DNA of 64,000 nucleotides from contig JAZDPP010000187.1 in the NCBI GenBank assembly GCA_043797445.1, forward strand, positions 7,228-71,227, read 5' to 3'. The notes beneath the pieces are model-generated. The model was not told where the DNA came from. It searched no databases and saw nothing but the letters and a program-made list of their open reading frames with translations. Below are positions 17,538 to 25,354 of this stretch, in pieces (position 1 is the first letter of the stretch; every line of letters begins with the position of its first letter). The position numbers and the translations under genes are program-made. This DNA is from Pseudomonadota bacterium. GTDB taxonomy: Bacteria > Desulfobacterota > Desulfobacteria > Desulfobacterales > JAFDDL01.

Positions 17538-19616
17538 ATGCCTATTCAGGAAAACAGACTGATTTCAATTGAAACGCCCTTGGGGCAGGATGCCCTGCTG
17601 CTCAGTGAGTTCAGCGGCACGGAAAGCATCTCCAGGCTTTTTAATTATCGGCTTACCCTTCTTTCCGAAAATCACCGTATCCCCTTCGCGGACATTATCG
17701 GCAAAAACGTTACGCTATCCATTGATCTTGCCGGGGGTGAGAAACGGTTCATTAATGGTTTGATCGCCTCCTTTTCTCAAAGCGGCAGCGGCACCGTAAA
17801 ATTGGAAGCGGGCTATTTTTCCCAATATTCGGCGACCCTCGTTCCCTGGCCCTGGCTACTGGCGAAAACAGCCGACATGCGGATATTTCAAGAACGTCCC
17901 GTGCCGGAAATCATTCAACAGGTTTTTACGGATAATGGCTTTTCGGATTTTTCACTTCGGCTTCATGGGCCACACAATAAAAGAGTATATTGCGTGCAAT
18001 ACCGGGAGACCGACTTTAACTTTGTATCCCGGTTGATGGAAGAAGAGGGCATCTATTATTTTTTTGAGCACGAATCGGGTAAACACACGATGGTTCTGGC
18101 CGATTCATCCTCGGAGCACCCGGTCTGTCCGAAGCAGGAGACCGCCCGATATCAGCAAACTGAAGGAGGCGTTATTCTTGATGAGGATGTCATCCATTCC
18201 CTTGAAGTTCAGCAGGAAATAAGAGTCGGTAAATTCTCGTTGAATGATTATAACTTTGAAACGCCTTCGGCAAACCTCCTCGCGAATGCCGTCAGTACGA
18301 TCGAGCTGGGTCCCGGCGAACGCGAAATATATGACTATCCCGCGGAGTTTGCCAACCGGTCGGAAGGCGATATACTCGCCAATATCCTCATGCAAGGTGA
18401 GGAAGCGCAAATTACTTCGCTTTCCGGATCGAGCAACTGTCGCGCCTTTTGCACCGGATACCGGTTTGATTTGAAAGACTATTTTCGGGAAGATATGAGT
18501 GACAAGCCCTATGTGCTGACGGAAATTTCGCACATGGCCGCTTCAAATATCAAGGATAGCGGCAGTGAAGGAGGGGCATTCTACAGCAACAGTTTCTCCT
18601 GCATTCCGCATGAAATCCCTTTCCGCCCTCAACAATTGACACCCAAACCCATTGTCGAAGGCGTCCAGACGGCAACCGTGGTGGGAACCGATAGTGATAA
18701 AGAGATCCATACGAATGAGTATGGTCAGGTCAAGGTGCGGTTTCATTGGGACCGGGAAAAGAACAGTTCCTGCTGGATCCGCGTCAGCCAGGCATGGGCG
18801 GGTTCGGGCTGGGGGGGAATGATTATTCCCCGCGTCGGCCAGGAGGTAATCGTTGATTTTCTGGAAGGGGATCCGGACCGTCCGATTATCACCGGACGGG
18901 TGTATAACGCGACCCAAACGGTTCCCTACGCGCTGCCCGGAGAAAAGACCAAAAGCACCCTCAAGTCCTACTCATCTCCCGGAGGGGGGGGCTTCAACGA
19001 GATCCGCTTCGAGGACAAGAAGGGCTCGGAGCAGCTCTTCATCCATGCCGAAAAACAACTGGACAACCGGGTGAAGCAGGATTGTCTTGAATGGATCGGA
19101 AACGAGCGTCATCTCATCGTCATTAAGGACCAGTTCGAAAAGGTCAGTGGCGACAATCATATGGAGGTGGTTGGGGACCAGAACCAGAAGATCGGCGGGT
19201 CTGTCTCCCTGACCACCGGAGAGGCCCTGCATCAGAAAGTAGGTACCCTGCATGCGCTCGATGCGGGTCAGGAGATCCATCTCAAAGCCGGAATGAAGGT
19301 GATAATCGAAGCGGGGCTGCAAATCTCGCTGAAAGTAGGTGGAAATTTTATCGATATCGGTCCCACCGGGATATCCATCACGGGGACGCCGGCGGTGAAG
19401 ATCAACAGCGGCGGATCCGCCGGATCGGGCTCGGGCGCCTCGCCGGATGCGCCCACGGCGCCGAAGGAAGCGGACAAGGCGGAGCCGGGGAAGATGGTTC
19501 AAGCCACTGGGGCATCGAGCACCAAAGCCCCGCCTCCACCACCAGCGCCTCCCGGTAAGCAGGCCGCGTCCTTGAAGGAGGCCGCGAAGAACGCCGCGGC
19601 CTTATGCGAAGCCTGA
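17538..19616 (+). CDS. vgrG: T6SS spike protein VgrG (TssI) with a Pro/Ala-rich C-terminal tail
   Basis: gp27/gp5-like regions (CVQYRETDFNFVSRLMEEEGIYYFFEH; RVSQAWAGSGWGGMIIPRVGQEVIVDFLEGDPDRPIITGRVYN). Tail ...APPPPPAPPGKQAASLKEAAKNAAALCEA. Confidence 0.95.
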   Translation: MPIQENRLISIETPLGQDALLLSEFSGTESISRLFNYRLTLLSENHRIPFADIIGKNVTLSIDLAGGEKRFINGLIASFSQSGSGTVKLEAGYFSQYSATLVPWPWLLAKTADMRIFQERPVPEIIQQVFTDNGFSDFSLRLHGPHNKRVYCVQYRETDFNFVSRLMEEEGIYYFFEHESGKHTMVLADSSSEHPVCPKQETARYQQTEGGVILDEDVIHSLEVQQEIRVGKFSLNDYNFETPSANLLANAVSTIELGPGEREIYDYPAEFANRSEGDILANILMQGEEAQITSLSGSSNCRAFCTGYRFDLKDYFREDMSDKPYVLTEISHMAASNIKDSGSEGGAFYSNSFSCIPHEIPFRPQQLTPKPIVEGVQTATVVGTDSDKEIHTNEYGQVKVRFHWDREKNSSCWIRVSQAWAGSGWGGMIIPRVGQEVIVDFLEGDPDRPIITGRVYNATQTVPYALPGEKTKSTLKSYSSPGGGGFNEIRFEDKKGSEQLFIHAEKQLDNRVKQDCLEWIGNERHLIVIKDQFEKVSGDNHMEVVGDQNQKIGGSVSLTTGEALHQKVGTLHALDAGQEIHLKAGMKVIIEAGLQISLKVGGNFIDIGPTGISITGTPAVKINSGGSAGSGSGASPDAPTAPKEADKAEPGKMVQATGASSTKAPPPPPAPPGKQAASLKEAAKNAAALCEA

Positions 19617-19702
19617 CCGCACTGATTACCGGCCCGTGGGGCTGGAACATCGATTGCAAAGAGGCATCCGCACCATTTAATCGTTTTTCGGAGTGTCAAA
19701 AC

Positions 19703-20239
19703 ATGATTGAGTCGACGATGGTTCAAGCAGTGAAAGCACAGCTTTTTTCAACACCGGGAACCCAGGTTTTCACCATCCTGGACGGTGCTTCCGTACCCGA
19801 TTTGCTGGCCAACATGGCCACTTTCAACCCGGAGCACATCTGTCTCTACCGGGGCGAACTGGCGCCCGACATGGCGGAGGTGGCCCCCTATCTGGCTTTT
19901 ATGGAACGTGACACCCCCTTTACCGACTGGGTCATTACCCATGGATGGGGAAATCATTGGGGGATATTTGGGGTGACCCGGGTGGATTTGAAGGAGCTTC
20001 GCAGGCATTTCCGTAAATTCCTGATGGTGTATGACGAATCCGCCAAGTCACTCTATTTCCGGTACTATGATCCGCGGGTTCTGCGGGTATATTTGCCGAC
20101 CTGCAATGCGCAAGAGTTAAAGACCGTCTTCGGACCGGTCATGTTCTATCTGATGGAAGATGAGGACTCGAAGGTCCGCCGAAAGTTCATGTTTATCAAC
20201 AATGCGCTGCGGGAAGATCAGATGGCGCTCGGGAAATAA
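19703..20239 (+). CDS. DUF4123-family T6SS adaptor/chaperone (Tap/TEC-like)
   Basis: ILDGASVPDL...PYLAFM...HWGIFGVT...LRRHFRKFLMV...LYFRYYDPRVLRVYLPTC fits the DUF4123 pattern. Start is ambiguous: ATG 19703, or 19604 overlapping vgrG. Confidence 0.75.
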   Translation: MIESTMVQAVKAQLFSTPGTQVFTILDGASVPDLLANMATFNPEHICLYRGELAPDMAEVAPYLAFMERDTPFTDWVITHGWGNHWGIFGVTRVDLKELRRHFRKFLMVYDESAKSLYFRYYDPRVLRVYLPTCNAQELKTVFGPVMFYLMEDEDSKVRRKFMFINNALREDQMALGK

Positions 20240-20329
20240 TACCCTGGCGTGGCCGATACGATGATCAAGGCCGAAATCCCCCTCTCAACAACGCACGATA
20301 AAGCAACACTATAGCGGGAGAAAATCGAT

Positions 20330-20719
20330 ATGCCCAAGCAGGTAGTCAACGGCGCCATGCTCCAATGCAGCTTCGGTGTGGCCCCGAGCAGTCTGATCGT
20401 GCTGCCGGTCAACATGGTGAATGCTGGCGGTGTACCGGCGGCCAATATCATGGACCACAAACCGATGGTGAATATCATGCCATTCGGAATGTGCAGCTCA
20501 CCGGCGAATCCGACCGTAGCCGCCGCGACAACCGCGGCTTTGGGAGTATTGACGCCGATGCCGTGCATACCGAATACGATGGCGCCCTGGACTCCCGGTT
20601 CCCCAATGGTGCAAATCGCCAACATGCCGGCACTGAATGACTCCTCCAAATGCATGTGCGCCTGGGCGGGTGTCATTTCGATCACCTTCCCCGGACAGAT
20701 AACCACTGATATCCCCTGA
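20330..20719 (+). CDS. DUF4280 PAAR-like spike-tip protein
   Basis: VVNGAMLQCSFGVAPSSL...PAANIMDHKPMVNIMPFGMCSS...TPMPCIP...ALNDSSKCMCAWAGVISI is the characteristic DUF4280 Cys pattern. Confidence 0.8.
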   Translation: MPKQVVNGAMLQCSFGVAPSSLIVLPVNMVNAGGVPAANIMDHKPMVNIMPFGMCSSPANPTVAAATTAALGVLTPMPCIPNTMAPWTPGSPMVQIANMPALNDSSKCMCAWAGVISITFPGQITTDIP

Positions 20720-20735
20720 CCACTGGGGAGTTACC

Positions 20736-21758
20736 TCATCTTTTCAACATTTTCTTCATCATGGCGCCCAGCTGTTTCACCCCTTTTCCCTGAGATGCGC
20801 CGGAGCTTGCATTCCCCCCCTCCCGATCAGATGCCGTTTGAGATGCTTCCGGCACTTCCACCTCGATTTCCGCAAGGCGCCCTCCCCCCAGAAACTTAAA
20901 ATCCGGTCCCTGGTCACTCAGCGAGAGACGATAGTCGGTATCCAGCATCCCCTGACCTTCAACGCTCCGGCCATTTATCCGGACCACATTTTTTCCGGTC
21001 AGATCTTTTACCCAGTATTGTTCCTGATGGTAAAAAATCAGCGCATGACGTTCAAAAACAGCGGGATGATCGAGCCGGAAATCACATTGAGCCCCTCTTC
21101 CGATCGTCACCGGAAGGACATTATAGGCTTGCAGGGTCGGGCCGTACTGCACCACAAGGGGCTTTTTAACCTGTTGAATCGGAAAATCCCCTGAATGCGG
21201 CGCCGAAGCCGGTTCGAAAACAGGCGGTTTCGGAGGAAGCGGCGGAGTGAGGGACGGAACCGAAACCGGTTGCGCTGAAACAACGGGTCGTTCCGGAGGC
21301 GGGGGCGACAGGGGCACGGGCCGTTCCGAAGGATATTCCGGCGCGGCCGGCGGTGATGAAACCCGGATCGGCCCGGAGGCCATGGGCGCGGCAACGGCGG
21401 CCGGTTGAACTGCATGGCCGACATCCGCAACGCCTTCCAGCAGTTGAGATAGAAAACTGACTTTGGGCCCGCCCTCGGCGAAAACAAGGATATCCCCATC
21501 CTTAAGAATGGCCTCTTTCACCTGTTTGCCGTTTACGAATGTGCCGTTAGTGCTCTGATCCATCAGCATAAAGCGATTGCCCTCACGAACAATGCGAGCG
21601 TGCACACGGGATACAATAGCCAAATCCTTGGGAAAGCAGACCTGACAGGTGGCGCTCCGGCCGATAAGAATCTCCGGCTGATGGAACTCCTGAATTTCCC
21701 CTTTCAGCGGGCCTTCCATATGAATCAGTTGAATAACGATGGTGGGTGGTTGTTTCAT
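20736..21758 (-). CDS. fha: Double-FHA-domain protein (T6SS Fha/TagH-like phosphothreonine reader)
   Basis: Two FHA cores: IGRSATCQVCFPKD..VSRVHARI...STNGTFVNGK and IGRGAQCDFRLDHP..ERHALI...GKNVVRINGR. They are joined by a Pro-rich linker. Start placed at the MKQPP ATG 21758 with AAAGGA upstream. Confidence 0.85.
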   Translation of the reverse strand: MKQPPTIVIQLIHMEGPLKGEIQEFHQPEILIGRSATCQVCFPKDLAIVSRVHARIVREGNRFMLMDQSTNGTFVNGKQVKEAILKDGDILVFAEGGPKVSFLSQLLEGVADVGHAVQPAAVAAPMASGPIRVSSPPAAPEYPSERPVPLSPPPPERPVVSAQPVSVPSLTPPLPPKPPVFEPASAPHSGDFPIQQVKKPLVVQYGPTLQAYNVLPVTIGRGAQCDFRLDHPAVFERHALIFYHQEQYWVKDLTGKNVVRINGRSVEGQGMLDTDYRLSLSDQGPDFKFLGGGRLAEIEVEVPEASQTASDREGGNASSGASQGKGVKQLGAMMKKMLKR

Positions 21759-22023
21759 GATCCTTTTGCTCTGTAAACGGTTGAAGAGGCCAGCGACTCG
21801 CAAATATCAACATATGAGTATTTATAGATAATAATTGCGCTTACATGTCAAGCAGTTTCATTGCGCCATGGAAGGCGGAGCGGTTCGCATGGAATAAGAA
21901 CCGGAGTGCCGTCAATCCGCCGGTTTTGGAGAAATCAATTGATTTTATAATGCATTCCCGTTAGATAATAGACAGTCTGATATTTCGATATGCTAATTAC
22001 CTTCTTTTACGGTGCGAGCGGCC

Positions 22024-22749
22024 ATGCATAGAATCGTCTCATTCGGCAAAACGGACTGCGGTCTTCGACGCCCCAACAACGAAGATGCTTTCCTGGTAAA
22101 ACTTGAATTCGGTTTTTGTCTGGTAGCGGATGGCATGGGCGGCGCGGCCGCCGGTGAGCTCGCCAGTCAGATTTTTTCGGAAACGACGCTGGAGGTGTTT
22201 TCAACGGCGAATCTTTCCAGTTCAGACCCCGTCAATCTGGTTCAACAGAGTTTTATTTTGGCAAATGCCCGGATCATAAAGCATACGGTTGAAATTCCGG
22301 AGCATAAAGGCATGGGGTGCACGGCTGAGCTGATGGTGTTTTCCGAGGATAAATTCATTCTCGGCCATATGGGTGACAGCCGAAGTTATCGTTATAAAAA
22401 CAGGCAGCTCAAACAGCTGTCTCAGGATCATTCTCTTGTCCAGGAGCAACTCGACAGGGGCCTCATCACACCTGAAGAGGCCAGAAAACACACGATGAAG
22501 AACGTAATTCTCCGCGCCGTAGGCGTGGATGAAACACCTGCTCTTGATCTCATTCGGGGGAATCTATCCACCGGTGACATTTTTCTGCTCTGCTCCGACG
22601 GCCTCACGGATATGGTTGAAGATGCGGACATAATGGCAGTGCTGGCTTCTACGGCGCTGCTGACACGAAAAACGGATCTACTGATCGAGCTGGCCAAGGC
22701 TGCCGGTGGTCATGACAATATTACGGTGGTATTGATCGAAATCGAATGA
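22024..22749 (+). CDS. pppA: PP2C-family Ser/Thr phosphatase (PppA-like)
   Basis: GKTDCGLRRPNNEDAF, VADGMGGAAAGELAS, LLCSDGLTD and GGHDNITVV motifs. The ORF-track start at 22012 is a GTG; the ATG at 22024 is preferred. Confidence 0.9.
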   Translation: MHRIVSFGKTDCGLRRPNNEDAFLVKLEFGFCLVADGMGGAAAGELASQIFSETTLEVFSTANLSSSDPVNLVQQSFILANARIIKHTVEIPEHKGMGCTAELMVFSEDKFILGHMGDSRSYRYKNRQLKQLSQDHSLVQEQLDRGLITPEEARKHTMKNVILRAVGVDETPALDLIRGNLSTGDIFLLCSDGLTDMVEDADIMAVLASTALLTRKTDLLIELAKAAGGHDNITVVLIEIE

Positions 22750-22907
22750 AACCCGGGAGCCATGACGCAATACCCATGGAATTCCCGTAACTTCTCAGTG
22801 ACCGGAAAACGCTGAATTCCGGCATCTGAATTCCGTATTCCCGAGCAGTTACAAATTTCTCGCTATTTCGTTTCAGTTCCTTGTGCCGTTGAAGGTATTC
22901 CGATGTT

Positions 22908-23873
22908 ATGATTATTTATTTACGACCGCTTAAGCTGTTAGCCCGGCATATGATTCTATGGATAACCCTCATCATGGTTGTCGAACCGGGTTACAGCGCC
23001 ACAGAAGCATTGGAGAAACGGATTCCCTTATCCGTCGGTGAAATGACCGATCTGCTGATAAGATGGTGGGGAGATTCCGGGTATCGAATCCAACGTACGG
23101 ATCCGGAGATGGGACATGTTCGGCTCCGTGCCATAAAAGACCCGGAAAGCTGGCAGGTGGATCTTTCTCCTCACTCCGCTTTGGAAACCCAAGTGTCGGC
23201 CAGTTTTTCAGGAATGAACCCCGAGGTGCGTCTACAACAATTCTGGGATCACATCTCACTATACCGCCATAACCCGTCAACGCAAGCGCCGCGGAATTCC
23301 GAGCGGAACATACCGGCGGCCGTTCTTTCCAGAATTGAATCGGTGGTCTGCATCAATGCCCGATCGGATGAAAATAACGTCCAGTTTTCAGGCTTCATTA
23401 TCGATACCAATGGGCTCGTTCTCTGCACGGCGCACGATCTGGAAAACAGCCAGCATATCACCGTCACGCTTTTCGATGGCCGGGAGGTAATGGCGAAGCT
23501 TCTTTTCAAGGACCCCCACGTGGATCTTTCGATTCTTCAAATTGCCTTGAAAACAAAGGCTGCGATCCATCTTTCCGGGGGCAGAAATCTCCTGGGAATG
23601 GGCGAAACCATTTTTTCGGTGGGATGTCCCAACAATCTGAGGGACACCGTATATGCGGGAACCATCAACGCCCCGCCACGAAAAATGAATGATCAGCCAC
23701 TATGGCAGGCAAGCATGGAAATCCATCATGGCAGCAGCGGCAGCCCCGTTTTTGACGTCAATGGGAACATCGTTGCCGTGGTCAAGGGAAGATATCGCGG
23801 CACCACCACTACGGGATTTTTAATCCCGATGGAAACCATCTTTAATTTTTTAAAAGAGAAAAATCCGTTATGA
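22908..23873 (+). CDS. Secreted or membrane-anchored trypsin-like (S1/DegP-type) serine protease without PDZ
   Basis: N-terminal hydrophobic segment. Catalytic-triad context TAHD (His), DLSILQI (Asp), GSSGSPVFD (Ser). ATGA overlap with the kinase start. Confidence 0.8.
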   Translation: MIIYLRPLKLLARHMILWITLIMVVEPGYSATEALEKRIPLSVGEMTDLLIRWWGDSGYRIQRTDPEMGHVRLRAIKDPESWQVDLSPHSALETQVSASFSGMNPEVRLQQFWDHISLYRHNPSTQAPRNSERNIPAAVLSRIESVVCINARSDENNVQFSGFIIDTNGLVLCTAHDLENSQHITVTLFDGREVMAKLLFKDPHVDLSILQIALKTKAAIHLSGGRNLLGMGETIFSVGCPNNLRDTVYAGTINAPPRKMNDQPLWQASMEIHHGSSGSPVFDVNGNIVAVVKGRYRGTTTTGFLIPMETIFNFLKEKNPL

Positions 23874-25090
23874 ATTACGGTCGATATGAAATAGAAAAAG
23901 AGTTGGGAAGAGGCGCCATGGGTGTCGTCTATCAGGCCCATGATCCTCAGATTGACCGGCGGGTTGCGCTCAAGGTTCTTCGATCGGACCGGGTCACCAG
24001 TGAAGATTTTGCACAGCGGTTTTTAAAGGAAGCCCGGGCCATCGGCCGGCTTTCCCATCCGTATATCGTCACGGTTTTCGACGTGGGGCATGACCATGGG
24101 ACAGTCTATATTGCAATGGAGTTTTTGGATGGCAGGCCCCTGGATGAAATCCTTCGGGAAAAAGCACTCCCTCTCAAGGAACTCATGAATATCGGCATTC
24201 AGGTCGCTCAAAGTCTTGACTATGCCCATGGGCAAGGCATTGTTCACAGGGATATCAAGCCTTCCAATATCATGCTCACGTCCGAAGGGAGTGTAAAGCT
24301 TACCGACTTCGGAATCGCCCGAATTGAGGATCCAGCCGCCGCCCAGCTCACCCAGGCTGGTGAAATTCTGGGAACCCCCAGCTATATGTCCCCCGAGCAG
24401 GTAAGGGGCCAAACGGTGGATCGCCGATCCGACATTTACTCTCTTGGGGTGATTCTCTATGAAATCTCGACCGGTCGAAGACCTTTTACCGGAAAAAGCA
24501 TCGCTTCCATTTTCAATGCAATTACCAGCGAAACACCGCAGGATCCGATGGCGGTGGAACCTTTTGTCGCACGCGGCGGATCGAAAGCCCTTTCCGAGCT
24601 GATAGTTAAATGTCTGAGCAAAGCGCCGGAGGACCGGTTCCAGAGTGGAAAAATTCTGGCGCAAGCATTATCGACATGCCTTATCGAAGCCGAACCCGCC
24701 GGGAAAGCCGAGAACACACTTCCTCCCAAAAAATCCGGAAAAACCGCTTGGTATGCCGTCCTTGCCGGTTGTATATTAGCTGCCATCATCGGCTTTTATT
24801 GGTTTCAATCCATACGGAAAGTTCCGGCGCCCTTGCCCACGCCGATTATCGAGCCCAAGCCGGTTACGCCCGCACAGCTGTCTGCATTGAACGTGAGCAG
24901 CAATCCGGCCAGCGCTCAAGTATTTATAGACGGATCATTTAGAGGAAACACTCCCCTGAAACTTGATCTTCCGATCGGGAAATACGAAGTCCGGGTAAGC
25001 CTCGCCGATTATTACGAGTATGAAGCACAGGTTCAACTGAAGGACTCGGGTGAATTACCGTTATTGGTTCGCCTGATACCGATGAAATAG
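23870..25090 (+). CDS. ppkA: Transmembrane Hanks-type Ser/Thr kinase with C-terminal PEGA domain (PpkA-like)
   Basis: GRGAMGVVY, VALK, HRDIKPSN, DFGIA and SPEQ kinase motifs. TM segment AWYAVLAGCILAAIIGFYWF. PEGA-like LNVSSNPASAQVFIDGSFRGNTPLKLDLPIGKYEVRV. Confidence 0.9.
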   Translation: MNYGRYEIEKELGRGAMGVVYQAHDPQIDRRVALKVLRSDRVTSEDFAQRFLKEARAIGRLSHPYIVTVFDVGHDHGTVYIAMEFLDGRPLDEILREKALPLKELMNIGIQVAQSLDYAHGQGIVHRDIKPSNIMLTSEGSVKLTDFGIARIEDPAAAQLTQAGEILGTPSYMSPEQVRGQTVDRRSDIYSLGVILYEISTGRRPFTGKSIASIFNAITSETPQDPMAVEPFVARGGSKALSELIVKCLSKAPEDRFQSGKILAQALSTCLIEAEPAGKAENTLPPKKSGKTAWYAVLAGCILAAIIGFYWFQSIRKVPAPLPTPIIEPKPVTPAQLSALNVSSNPASAQVFIDGSFRGNTPLKLDLPIGKYEVRVSLADYYEYEAQVQLKDSGELPLLVRLIPMK

Positions 25091-25143
25091 CACCGCCCGT
25101 GGGGGGGAGCTATTAGCTGTTTGTTAGGTGGGGGTGAGAGAGA

Positions 25144-25199
25144 GGTTAGAGGTTAGAGGTTAGAGGTTAGAGGTTAGAGGTTAGAGGTTAGAGGTTAGA
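25144..25199. repeat. Perfect tandem heptamer array (GGTTAGA)x8
   Basis: Read directly from the sequence: 8 uninterrupted copies, beginning 54 nt after the kinase stop. Confidence 0.95.
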
Positions 25200-25274
25200 A
25201 TTTTGTTAAAAATAAAGAGCAGTTGTCAACAAAAAGAACGAAATGAAGCGAATGGTTAACAGCATTATTTAAGG

Positions 25275-25337
25275 GCTGATAGCTAACGGATAGCAGCTGA
25301 CAGCTAATAGCTGATAGCTGATAGCTGATAGCTAATA
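25275..25337. repeat. Imperfect tandem heptamer array (GCTGATA/GCTAATA/GCTGACA), about 9 units
   Basis: Read directly from the sequence. Ends 5 nt before the AGGAGG Shine-Dalgarno of the 25355 gene. Confidence 0.9.
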
Positions 25338-25354
25338 GCCACAGGAGGTAAACA

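Noticed and set aside
20218-20706. 162-aa minus-strand ORF overlapping the DUF4280 gene
   Set aside because: The plus-strand product has the complete DUF4280 Cys pattern. The antisense ORF has no features and would run into the convergent fha gene region.
24023-24664. 213-aa minus-strand ORF within the kinase gene
   Set aside because: It is antisense to clear Hanks-kinase subdomains, so it is a shadow ORF.
25144-25337. Tandem arrays as a CRISPR locus or telomere-like repeat
   Set aside because: The units are 7 nt and directly abutting, with no spacers, so this is not CRISPR. GGTTAGA is not a known telomeric unit, and the context is an internal chromosomal intergenic region.
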